Part shown: positions 9,234 through 17,082 of the stretch, one piece after another | How positions within the stretch are numbered: position 1 is the first letter of the stretch | Layout: the number at the start of each line of letters is the position of its first letter | NCBI GenBank assembly: GCA_964424335.1 | Contig: CAYRIY010000001.1 | Coordinates: forward strand, 60,340-123,869 | Length of the DNA stretch: 63,530 nucleotides | DNA from: an uncultured Clostridia bacterium | GTDB lineage: Bacteria > Bacillota > Limnochordia > DTU080 > RSA5 | Direction: 5' to 3' | The notes under the pieces: model-generated | Database searches by the model: none | Seen by the model: the letters and a program-made list of their open reading frames with translations, nothing else | Told to the model about the DNA's origin: nothing | Program-made: the position numbers and the translations under genes

Positions 9234-10331
9234 TTATACATTAAACCGAAAGCTCATGACGTCACCGTCTTGCACGATGTAATCACGCCCTTCAAGCCGG
9301 ACGCGCCCTTTCGCCTTGAGCGAATTCCACCCGCCGGCCTCGACCAATTCGTCGTACGAGGCGACCTCAGCCCTGATGAACCCTCGGGAAATGTCGCTGT
9401 GTATTGCGCCGGCAGCCTCTTTTGCGTTTGAACCATTCCGAATCGTCCACGCCCGCACTTCATCTTCGCCGACGGTGAAGTAGGAGATGAGTCCGAGGCG
9501 ATCGTAGACGGCGCGCGCCAGGCGCTCGACACCCGTCTCGGAGATTCCAAGATCGTTCATGAATGCGCGCCGGTCCTCAGGCTCGAGCTCGAGGATTTCC
9601 GACTCGACTTGGGCAGCAAACGTGACCACAGGAGCCCGAACCTTGTCGGCGATCTCCTTGATTCGACCAATCTCGGCGTCTGCGTCGGCAATCTGGTCGT
9701 CGCCGACATTAAGGCCAACAATGATTGGCTTTGACGTAAAAAAACCATACCCTTGCAAAGCCGTTGCCTCATCGGCAGATAGCTCGACGGAGAACACCGG
9801 CTCTTCGTCTTCGAGCGCGCTCGCAAGCTTTTCGAGCGCCGCGACCTCAACCTCGTGGTTTGGTTGGCGCTTCTTTGCTTGCTCGAGGCGCTCGAGGCGA
9901 GTTTGGACGAACTGCCAGTCGGTGAGGATCAGCTCCGACGTGAGCGTCTCAAAGTCCCTGACCGGGTCTGGCGCGCCAAAGATGTGAGGAATCGCGGGAT
10001 CGGAAAATGCTCGAACGACGTGGACCACGGCGTCGACGTCGCGCAAGTGGTCGACGAGGCCCTTGATGTCCACGCCCCGGACGGCATCGCTTCCTGAAGG
10101 GGCGTTCTGTTTTGGAACGAATCCCGGAATCTCGGTCACGACGATCGAGGCGTACGTCGTCTTGTTGGGCTTGTACATTTCCGAGAGGCGTTCGATTCTA
10201 GGGTCGGGAACGGGAGCCGTGCCGACAGGGAGTTTTTGTCTGTCGGCGAACGCAGGCGCCGTAACCCCCGTGAGCAACTGAAAGAGAGCGCTCTTGCCCA
10301 CGGTTGGCAATCCGATTAATCCCACTTTCAA
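9234..10331 (-). CDS. ychF: Ribosome-binding ATPase YchF
   Basis: VGLIGLPTVGKSALF P-loop at the N-terminus and a C-terminal ...DGDVMSFRFNV. The track ORF extends to 10454, but YchF proteins start just before the P-loop. In-frame TTG at 10331 with GGAG upstream. Confidence 0.9.
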   Translation of the reverse strand: MKVGLIGLPTVGKSALFQLLTGVTAPAFADRQKLPVGTAPVPDPRIERLSEMYKPNKTTYASIVVTEIPGFVPKQNAPSGSDAVRGVDIKGLVDHLRDVDAVVHVVRAFSDPAIPHIFGAPDPVRDFETLTSELILTDWQFVQTRLERLEQAKKRQPNHEVEVAALEKLASALEDEEPVFSVELSADEATALQGYGFFTSKPIIVGLNVGDDQIADADAEIGRIKEIADKVRAPVVTFAAQVESEILELEPEDRRAFMNDLGISETGVERLARAVYDRLGLISYFTVGEDEVRAWTIRNGSNAKEAAGAIHSDISRGFIRAEVASYDELVEAGGWNSLKAKGRVRLEGRDYIVQDGDVMSFRFNV

Positions 10332-10487
10332 GGAAGGAGGCAACTCCTTTTTCAAAAATACGTATGGCAATCCGTCGCCCGATTGAGGTCCATTGGGAGC
10401 TAAGTGGCCGCAAGAGGCCTTGACAACCTTGCCTTCGGGCAACGCCCTCATCATAGCACATTTCCAGCAGTGCGGTTAGATGCTAAA

Positions 10488-11792
10488 ATGGACTCCAAGC
10501 CTTTATTGGAGGGGTACTATGTGACCGACGATGAGACAAACGAGGCGTTTCGCACGCGGATCGGCGAGATGTACAAGTCATACGTCAATCCGGGACGGTT
10601 TCGACTGGCAAGCCTCATGAGCCTCGACAAGGTAGAGGGGGAGGCGCGCGGCTGCATCATCCGGACGACGGATGGCGACGAGTATTTGGACTGCCTGGGA
10701 AGTTTCGGTGTATTCAACGTCGGCCACAATCACCCTAAGGTGATCGAAGCGGTTGAAAGACAGTTGCGCCGCATGCCTCTTTCCACGCGCTTTCTCCTTT
10801 CGGAGTCCCTAGCCGAGCTCGCGATGCGCCTAGAATCGATCACACCTGATGGCATCACCTATGTTTTCCCCGTTCATAGCGGCGCTTCCGCCGTGGAGGG
10901 CGCTCTTAAACTGGCCAGAGCGGCCACAGGGCGCCAGGAGATCGTCGCCACCCACGGCGCGTTTCACGGAAAAACCTTCGGCGCGCTTTCCGCGTCGGGG
11001 CGAGACCACTTCAAGGAGCCGTTCCGCCCGCTCGTTCCAGAGTTTAAACACATTCCATATGGCGACAGCGCAGCAGCGGAAGCGGCGGTGACCGGCTCCA
11101 CGGCGGCGATGATTGTCGAGCCGATTCAGGGAGAGGCGGGCGTGATCATTCCGCCCGACGGGTACTTATCGGATTTGCGTGCCATTTGCGATCGCCACGG
11201 GGCCTTGTTGATCATGGACGAGGTGCAGACCGGCCTTGGGCGAACGGGCGCCATGTTCGGCTGCGATCATGACGGCGTAGCGCCGGATATCATGACGCTC
11301 GCAAAAGCGCTAGGAGGGGGCGTCATGCCCCTTGCGGCCTTCGTGGGGAACGAGCGGGCGTGGGAGCCGCTCATCGAAGACCCTTACCTCCATAGCACCA
11401 CGATCGAGAGCCATTGCGCGTTTGCCGCGGCGTGCGCGACGATCGACGTCATTCAGTCGGAAGGGCTCGTAGAGCGGTCTCGTGAAATGGGTGAGTACTT
11501 ATTAAATGAGATTCGAAGCGTGGCGAACTCGTACCAGGACGTCGTGACCGACGTGCGGGGGCGTGGCCTCATGATCGCGATGGACTTCGTCGAAATGGGC
11601 CACGGGGGCATCGTCCTAGCCGATATGATCGATCAAAAAATTCTCGTCGGCTTTTCGTTCAATAATCCACAGACGATTCGCCTCGAACCGCCTCTCGTGA
11701 TTTCAAAGGATGAGATTGACCGGGCCGTTTCTGGTCTTGCGCATGCATTCGAACAGGCGCGCCAGGTGATGAGCTACAGCGGAATGGAGTGA
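10488..11792 (+). CDS. Class-III PLP aminotransferase (putrescine/acetylornithine/GABA aminotransferase-like)
   Basis: GSFGVFNVGHNHP, SGASAVEGALKLAR, DEVQTGLGRTG and the catalytic Lys in TLAKALGGG. ATG at 10488 is preferred over the track start, which overlaps ychF. Confidence 0.9.
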   Translation: MDSKPLLEGYYVTDDETNEAFRTRIGEMYKSYVNPGRFRLASLMSLDKVEGEARGCIIRTTDGDEYLDCLGSFGVFNVGHNHPKVIEAVERQLRRMPLSTRFLLSESLAELAMRLESITPDGITYVFPVHSGASAVEGALKLARAATGRQEIVATHGAFHGKTFGALSASGRDHFKEPFRPLVPEFKHIPYGDSAAAEAAVTGSTAAMIVEPIQGEAGVIIPPDGYLSDLRAICDRHGALLIMDEVQTGLGRTGAMFGCDHDGVAPDIMTLAKALGGGVMPLAAFVGNERAWEPLIEDPYLHSTTIESHCAFAAACATIDVIQSEGLVERSREMGEYLLNEIRSVANSYQDVVTDVRGRGLMIAMDFVEMGHGGIVLADMIDQKILVGFSFNNPQTIRLEPPLVISKDEIDRAVSGLAHAFEQARQVMSYSGME

Positions 11793-11798
11793 TCGTGC

Positions 11799-12236
11799 TT
11801 GCCGTACGTCGAGCGATCGACGGTGATTTCAGCGGACGTGAACACCGTATATCAGTTGGCGAGGCGCATGGAGGACTTCCCCAAGTACATGCCCGACGTG
11901 AAGGACGTAACCGTGCTCGAACAAGATGGGAACGGGACGACGACACGCTGGCATGTCCATGTGATTGGGCGCGACTTGAAGTGGACTGAGCGAGATACGT
12001 TTGACGACGAGACGCCCAAAATAACGTACAAGCAGATCGAAGGAGACGTCAAGAAGTTCGAGGGCGAGTGGCGGTTCACCCCGGAGGCAGACGGCACTGT
12101 CCGGGTCGAGTTGACATGCGATGCGGAACTCGGCGTACCGATGCTCGATGCAATATTCAATCCGGTACTCAAGAAAGCCCTTGAAATCAACGTCGACAAG
12201 ATGTTGTCCGCGATCAAGGAGAAGGCCGAATCGTGA
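11799..12236 (+). CDS. SRPBCC (START/cyclase-dehydrase) family protein
   Basis: 145 aa. The pattern VERSTVISADVNTVYQLARRMEDFPKYMP...W...F.GEWRF is typical of polyketide-cyclase/dehydrase-like SRPBCC proteins. Confidence 0.7.
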   Translation: MPYVERSTVISADVNTVYQLARRMEDFPKYMPDVKDVTVLEQDGNGTTTRWHVHVIGRDLKWTERDTFDDETPKITYKQIEGDVKKFEGEWRFTPEADGTVRVELTCDAELGVPMLDAIFNPVLKKALEINVDKMLSAIKEKAES

Positions 12237-13711
12237 GGTTCCGCCCATTTTGCCGCCCGGGCGGCTCCGCCCGGAATGGCATTGCCGCCTTGCTCGTCAC
12301 TTTACTGGCCGTCTCGACGCTCGTGTGTTGGTTAAGCCAAACGCTGCTCGCGCAAGGCGTTTCGTTCGTATGGGTCGAGTCGTGGCAGCACCCGACGTCC
12401 GAACCCGTAGAGCAAGCAGCGGCCGGCGATGTGGACGGGGATGGCTCGCTCGACATTGCGGTGCTCGCAAAGGACGTAATCTCCGTTTATGCGGCAGAAC
12501 CAGAAGGCCCGCGCATGATCGGGAGGATTCGCCATCCGGCGGGAGCGATCAGCTCGATCGCAGTTGCGGATTACGACGGGGACGGAGCCGATGAGGTGTG
12601 GGCCGGATCGGCCGCGCCCGGCGTCGTAGCGATATTCGGATTTGACGGAGCATCGTTTCAACTCGTCGATCAGGTGCGGTATGCGTGGGACGACATTGTC
12701 CAACTCCTTCCGCTCGACCTCGACGGATGGGGAATGACGGACCTCGCGCTCCTCACGAATTCGGGGGAATTACAGGTATTCCGGTGGGATGGAACAGGGT
12801 ATGCCGCGGAGGAGCTTGGCGAGATTCGCCGCGGCGTGCGTTTCGCTGCTGCCGGGGACATCGATTCCGACGAGAGGGACGAGATCGTCGTCGCCCGCGA
12901 CCTGGACCACGTCGTCGTGTTGGACTGGGCTCAAGGTCAAGAGGACGCACCGGGCGCGCTCGTGCGCACGTGGGAGAATTATGTTTGGGGTGGCCACACG
13001 TTCCTAGCCGTCGGCGACTTTCGCGCAGGTCCCGGAGATGAAGTGTTCCTTTCGACCTCGAGAGGGCTCGTATATGTGTTCGAATCAGGGCAGGGCGGTA
13101 CGCTTGTTCCGCAAGGGGCGCCGCAAAATCGCCTCGTTTCAACGGATCAAGTGCTTGGAACGGGTGACCTTGACCTAGACGGTCAAATGGAGCTCTTGGT
13201 GAGCGTTGACCACGGAATCGAAGCGTGGGATGTCGCGCCCCTCCGGACGGTCGTCACGCTAAGGACCGCGTCACAACCCGTTGAGTTCGTCCATATCAAT
13301 GAAAGCAACGGAACGATGGTCACGGCCGGATCATGGGGATTCACACGTCACGATCGGCAAGGCGCCCAGTACGTCCGTGTCCTGCGCCATGGATCGACGG
13401 CAAGGCTGAAGCACGAACCCGTCGTCACGCTCGATACGATCTACCTGAGCGCCTCCGACTGGGAGGCCCTTACGGGCGCCCGGCTCCGCTGGGATGTCGG
13501 TACGGGTCGAGTGACGGGAATTCGAGGGTTTCACTTCCTTGTGGGCGAGACGGATGGCGTCGAATGGATCTACGACGGACGCCCCGTGAAATTGTCCCAT
13601 CCACCGTTGGTTCGCAGCGGAGAGCTGTACCTTCCGATCCAGTTCGCCGATCTTGTCGACCTAACGCTCCTGTGGGATCCGTTCACACGCACACTCCTCA
13701 TTGATCCGTAA
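12233..13711 (+). CDS. Secreted FG-GAP/VCBS-repeat protein with a C-terminal copper-amine-oxidase-N-like (stalk) domain
   Basis: Signal/anchor at the N-terminus. Repeated Ca-binding-like motifs GDVDGDGSLD, ADYDGDGADE, GDIDSDERDE and GDLDLDGQME. The C-terminus ...GELYLPIQFADLVDLTLLWDPFTRTLLI resembles Firmicute wall-associated stalk domains. Confidence 0.7.
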   Translation: MRFRPFCRPGGSARNGIAALLVTLLAVSTLVCWLSQTLLAQGVSFVWVESWQHPTSEPVEQAAAGDVDGDGSLDIAVLAKDVISVYAAEPEGPRMIGRIRHPAGAISSIAVADYDGDGADEVWAGSAAPGVVAIFGFDGASFQLVDQVRYAWDDIVQLLPLDLDGWGMTDLALLTNSGELQVFRWDGTGYAAEELGEIRRGVRFAAAGDIDSDERDEIVVARDLDHVVVLDWAQGQEDAPGALVRTWENYVWGGHTFLAVGDFRAGPGDEVFLSTSRGLVYVFESGQGGTLVPQGAPQNRLVSTDQVLGTGDLDLDGQMELLVSVDHGIEAWDVAPLRTVVTLRTASQPVEFVHINESNGTMVTAGSWGFTRHDRQGAQYVRVLRHGSTARLKHEPVVTLDTIYLSASDWEALTGARLRWDVGTGRVTGIRGFHFLVGETDGVEWIYDGRPVKLSHPPLVRSGELYLPIQFADLVDLTLLWDPFTRTLLIDP

Positions 13712-13732
13712 ATGAATAAGGAGTGAGGTAGA

Positions 13733-14008
13733 TTGGCCTCACAGCGTTGGCACATGTGTGTCGAAGGCCGCGTCCAAGGGGTCGGATACCGCTTGTTTGT
13801 ACAGCGCAAGGCCCGGGAGCTCGGGTTATACGGGTTCGTCCAAAACCTGCCGGACGGTCGGGTGGAGGTTGAGGCGGAAGGGGAGACGAGCAAATTGCAG
13901 CTCCTGCGGCGCTCGATGCTGCGCGGTCCCAAGCGAGCGCGCGTAAGAGCGATCGAGCTTGAAATCAAACCGGAGTCGGGCGCCTATTTTGACTTTTTGA
14001 TACGGTGA
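13733..14008 (+). CDS. acyP: Acylphosphatase
   Basis: 91 aa with VEGRVQGVGYRLFV...GLYGFVQNLPDGRVEVEAEG, the canonical acylphosphatase signature. Confidence 0.85.
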   Translation: MASQRWHMCVEGRVQGVGYRLFVQRKARELGLYGFVQNLPDGRVEVEAEGETSKLQLLRRSMLRGPKRARVRAIELEIKPESGAYFDFLIR

Positions 14009-14074
14009 TGGACATACTCGACGCTCTTCGTTGCATATAGACTTCCATAGCAACGTTCCACAGCAACGCTCAAT

Positions 14075-14497
14075 GTGAGACGACTGGAGGTACGCCAGAT
14101 GATTGGGCGCGGAGGTGCTGGTGAAAGTGGCTCGTCTGCCCGATTCTCGATCGGCGCCGTCCTTGGAGGTACGTTCCTTGGTTTTGCAATCACCTTCGCC
14201 GGAGCGGTCCTCATGGGTCTCGCGGTTTCGTTGACCGCTTGGGAAGGTTTTGACGCTGATGTGCCGTGGTTTGGCTATATCAGCATCGCCATAGGCGGCA
14301 TGCTTGCAGGCAAGAGGAGTGGGCGAGTGGGCTGGCTCCACGGAGGCCTTGTCGGACTAATATATTTTGCCGTGTCGGCGACCCTGTTCCAGAGCGGATT
14401 CTCGTGGGGGGACGTCGCTACGTCGTACTGGTTGACTAGGGCATTGTGGAGCTTCGGCGCCGGAGCGTTAGGCGGCGCCCTGGGCATCAATTTGTAA
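14075..14497 (+). CDS. Small Gly-rich integral membrane protein (TIGR04086/YrzE-like)
   Basis: Four hydrophobic segments; IGGMLAGKRSGRVGWLHGGLVGLIYF pattern. The family name is from memory only. Confidence 0.5.
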   Translation: MRRLEVRQMIGRGGAGESGSSARFSIGAVLGGTFLGFAITFAGAVLMGLAVSLTAWEGFDADVPWFGYISIAIGGMLAGKRSGRVGWLHGGLVGLIYFAVSATLFQSGFSWGDVATSYWLTRALWSFGAGALGGALGINL

Positions 14498-14505
14498 ACT
14501 TCAAA

Positions 14506-14552
14506 GGGCGCTTCGCCAAGCCGAAAGGCTTCGTCGAAGCGCTCTGTTTATT
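14506..14552 (+). terminator. Rho-independent terminator
   Basis: GCGCTTCG...(inner AAGCC-GAAA-GGCTT)...CGAAGCGC followed by TCTGTTTATT, 9 nt after the stop at 14497. Confidence 0.6.
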
Positions 14553-15189
14553 GTCGATCCATCATTGATATGGCGCTTTCCCCTCGGCGATCCAACCTTG
14601 CATGCACGTCAAATCACGAGCGTTCGAAAACAAAGCTGCTGAAAAACACACATGAATCTCGAAGAGAAGGCCCCTAGCCAGTCACCCGCCTACAATCTCA
14701 CGCATATTAAATAATTGAGAAGGAATCTCGGCATCGAGGTGTAAAGTAAAAGCTTAGCCTGAAGTGGGGTCCAAAGGTCGCATGTAGCATCACACTGATC
14801 GGAGACCTTGGAAGTGCGGGGGACCATCCACGTATCGCCATACCGTTCGACCCACCGACCAGGCACGCTGTTTGCAGTTGACAAATGCATCCTTAGATAG
14901 CAGAAGGTGTGGGAACGTCCTACGTTAGGCAGTCCCAACCGCTCACTTTTTGGAAACGTTAACGGCAAATGGCCAACTCGCCAAAAGTAACTCCGCCTTT
15001 AGCAGCCATTATCCCCGAATTCGGGGAGGACTGCATTCATATACGACGAAATGGTACATTCGTCGAAAGTTAAAACCGCTTTGCTCACTGTACATTCGTA
15101 TGATCACATTTGTGATAGGGCATGTCAGGTATGCCCACAAGGAAATCGCGCCCATTAAAAAATGCGATCGCCCGTGGGAGGAACCTGTT

Positions 15190-15258
15190 TAGCCCCGATG
15201 TAAGTCTTACGGGATGCCAAGGCGCCGCTTCGGCCGTCTCGAGGGGCTATTGTTTTCG
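15190..15258 (+). terminator. Terminator-like or attenuator hairpin in the leader of the 15.3-kb cluster
   Basis: TAGCCCC (15190-15196) pairs with GGGGCTA (15243-15249) across a 46-nt, internally pairing loop. It is followed by TTGTTTTCG and lies 54 nt upstream of the 15312 start. Confidence 0.35.
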
Positions 15259-15311
15259 TATAGAAAATAGAGCGCTTCAATGGATTCACGTCTAACGGGG
15301 GTGCGAATAGG

Positions 15312-17054
15312 ATGGTCGATGGACATCGAATTCTATCCATTTCAAAGCTGATTGCGGTCGTCATAGCGTTGGCTCTCGTCGTCTCGGCGCCGGCCGCCTT
15401 CGGCGCGTCGGGTCCTGACCTCCTCGGGCTAGCGGGCTTCGACGTTTCTCGCATCGAGATCGAACGCGAGAATCAAAGCGTTGTCCTGCAAAAGGACGGG
15501 GCTGAGTGGGATGTCGTGCTGCCGGTGCAGGATCGTGCGGATCAACAGGCGGTGACTAACCTCCTCAATCGGCTTGCCAATTTGACGATTGCAGACGAAC
15601 TCTCGGGCGATCATCCGGAGTTTGGATTTGATCCTCCGAGGGCGATCGTACGCTTGGTTGATCGAACGGAAGTATCAAAAGAGCTCTTGATCGGCAACCT
15701 CCGCTCTCCGGTGAGCCTTTTTGTCAAGGCCTCCGATTCGGACGTCGTATACGCCATCAGCAACGTATCGCTCGCCGGAATCGGCGAATACCCCATGGCG
15801 TTCGTCGACTCGAACCTGATGCGCGTCAACCCCGATGACGTATCGAGAATCCGGGTTGAGAGCGCCATTGCTACGGACGACGACGATCGCCCCGACGTGA
15901 TCCAAATTGAACGAGAAGGGGCGGCGTGGGTCTTCGAAAGCGGAGCCGTCGCCTTTGACGTCAACCACTTCTTGAGAAGCGTGCGCCTCATCCAAGCATC
16001 CGGACAAATCGAGTCCGGATACGCCGGTGCACAGTTTTACCCGGCGCCGGGCACGACCCGCCTCACCCTCGATTTTGAGGAAGGCACTCAGGTCGTGTTG
16101 GACGTTGGCACGGCGACCGACGACGGACATCACTATTATTTCCGCGTATCCGGCCGTGATGACATTTATGTGGTTCCGGCATTCCACGCACAGCATATCG
16201 TTCGCCAAGCGCTCGGCATCAACGACAGTCTTCTCTCATTCGATCCGGAGCGTGTCAAAGAGCTTTCGATCAGCGCAGGGCCTGAGGGCACTCGGACCGT
16301 GTTCACGCGCAACAGCTCCGGGGCGTGGGAGTCCAATCGCACCGTCGTCTTTAACTTCGAGCCGCTCCTCGATGCCGTCCGGTCCGTTGGGGCCAATCGT
16401 CGACTTCCCGAACAAGAAGGCGTCGATTACGGGTTTGGCACCGATCCAAACGCGATTGATGTGAACGTCGTCTTCACGGACGGCAATCGCCTCACACTTT
16501 CCTTGGGAGCGCCGGTACAAGATGGCTCTGAAGTTTACCTGAAGACTTCGTCCCGAGACGGCATCTACGTCGGACCTGCGTCCGCCGCCGATGAGTTGCT
16601 TGACGCTGCCTCGCGGGTCCGGTCAAGGCTCTTTCCTGCATCGCTTTCCGACGTGACCTATATCCGCATCCAGCGCGGATCGGGATCCCCTGAAGGGACC
16701 TTGATCGAGCGCAGCGGCGACGGCTGGGTACGAGCCGGCACGAGTGTCGACGCCTCCCGAGTGGAGACGCTGGTAAACGCGCTCGTGGGCCTTGGCGCCG
16801 ACTCGTTGCCTCCCTTGCCGGACGACCCGAATGAGCTAGGGTTTTATCCAAGCGCAAACTCGACGCGGATTACGGTGGGCTTCAGCGACGACACGGAGCG
16901 GTATCTAGATATCGGCGCAGCCGTCCAGGTCGGTTCGGGCTGGTTTGCGACGACGAGCTACTACGCGCACGTCTCCGACTTGGAAGATACCGTGGCGTTC
17001 GTCAGAGAACAGGTTATTCGAAACATCGTGAATGCAGCCGGAGCTTTGGAATAA
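15312..17054 (+). CDS. Secreted protein with four tandem ~130-140-aa repeats (DUF4340-like)
   Basis: Signal peptide ...ALALVVSAPAAFGA. Four modules each start V(S/T/K)xI.I and contain ...W..., a helix (LLNRLANL / LRSVRLI / LLDAVRSV / LVNALVGL), a GF.P.. motif and ...G..D.IY(V/A). Architecture as I remember for DUF4340. Confidence 0.7.
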   Translation: MVDGHRILSISKLIAVVIALALVVSAPAAFGASGPDLLGLAGFDVSRIEIERENQSVVLQKDGAEWDVVLPVQDRADQQAVTNLLNRLANLTIADELSGDHPEFGFDPPRAIVRLVDRTEVSKELLIGNLRSPVSLFVKASDSDVVYAISNVSLAGIGEYPMAFVDSNLMRVNPDDVSRIRVESAIATDDDDRPDVIQIEREGAAWVFESGAVAFDVNHFLRSVRLIQASGQIESGYAGAQFYPAPGTTRLTLDFEEGTQVVLDVGTATDDGHHYYFRVSGRDDIYVVPAFHAQHIVRQALGINDSLLSFDPERVKELSISAGPEGTRTVFTRNSSGAWESNRTVVFNFEPLLDAVRSVGANRRLPEQEGVDYGFGTDPNAIDVNVVFTDGNRLTLSLGAPVQDGSEVYLKTSSRDGIYVGPASAADELLDAASRVRSRLFPASLSDVTYIRIQRGSGSPEGTLIERSGDGWVRAGTSVDASRVETLVNALVGLGADSLPPLPDDPNELGFYPSANSTRITVGFSDDTERYLDIGAAVQVGSGWFATTSYYAHVSDLEDTVAFVREQVIRNIVNAAGALE

Positions 17055-17082
17055 AAAACTCGGCCGGCACTGACACGGAGGG

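Noticed and set aside
14695-14725. dif-like XerCD site (CACGCATAT-TAAATA-ATTGAGAAGG).
   Set aside because: Only about 6 of 11 matches to one arm of the E. coli dif, a poor match to the B. subtilis dif, and the arms are not related to each other as an inverted repeat.
14790-14870. Cobalamin-riboswitch-like fragments (GATCGGAGACCTTGG resembles a B12 box; the minus strand has GGTCCCCCGCACTTCC).
   Set aside because: The other conserved elements (AGGGAA...GGTG..AA.CC) are missing, and no downstream gene lies in the matching orientation.
14940-15030. tmRNA-like stretch (GGCAAA...GCCTTTAGCAGCC resembles the ...GCTTTAGCAGCTTAA tag end of Bacillus ssrA).
   Set aside because: No in-frame stop after the Ala-Ala-like codons. 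No GGGG...GGATTCGAC 5' end, no tRNA-like 3' end (GGTTCGA.TCC...CCACCA) on either strand, and no smpB nearby.
15028-15040. ACTGCATTC 9-mer identical to part of the B. subtilis bglP RAT (BglG/LicT antiterminator target).
   Set aside because: A 9-mer match is expected by chance in 63 kb. The flanking RAT consensus (GGATTGTTACTGC...GCAGGCAAAACC) is absent and no BglG-family gene is nearby.
14690-15192. Track ORFs 14690-14968(-) and 14950-15192(+), plus a 34-codon ORF starting at 14968.
   Set aside because: No RBS, odd composition, and they overlap palindromes. No transposase or other motif is recognisable. The region is reported as unexplained non-coding DNA instead.
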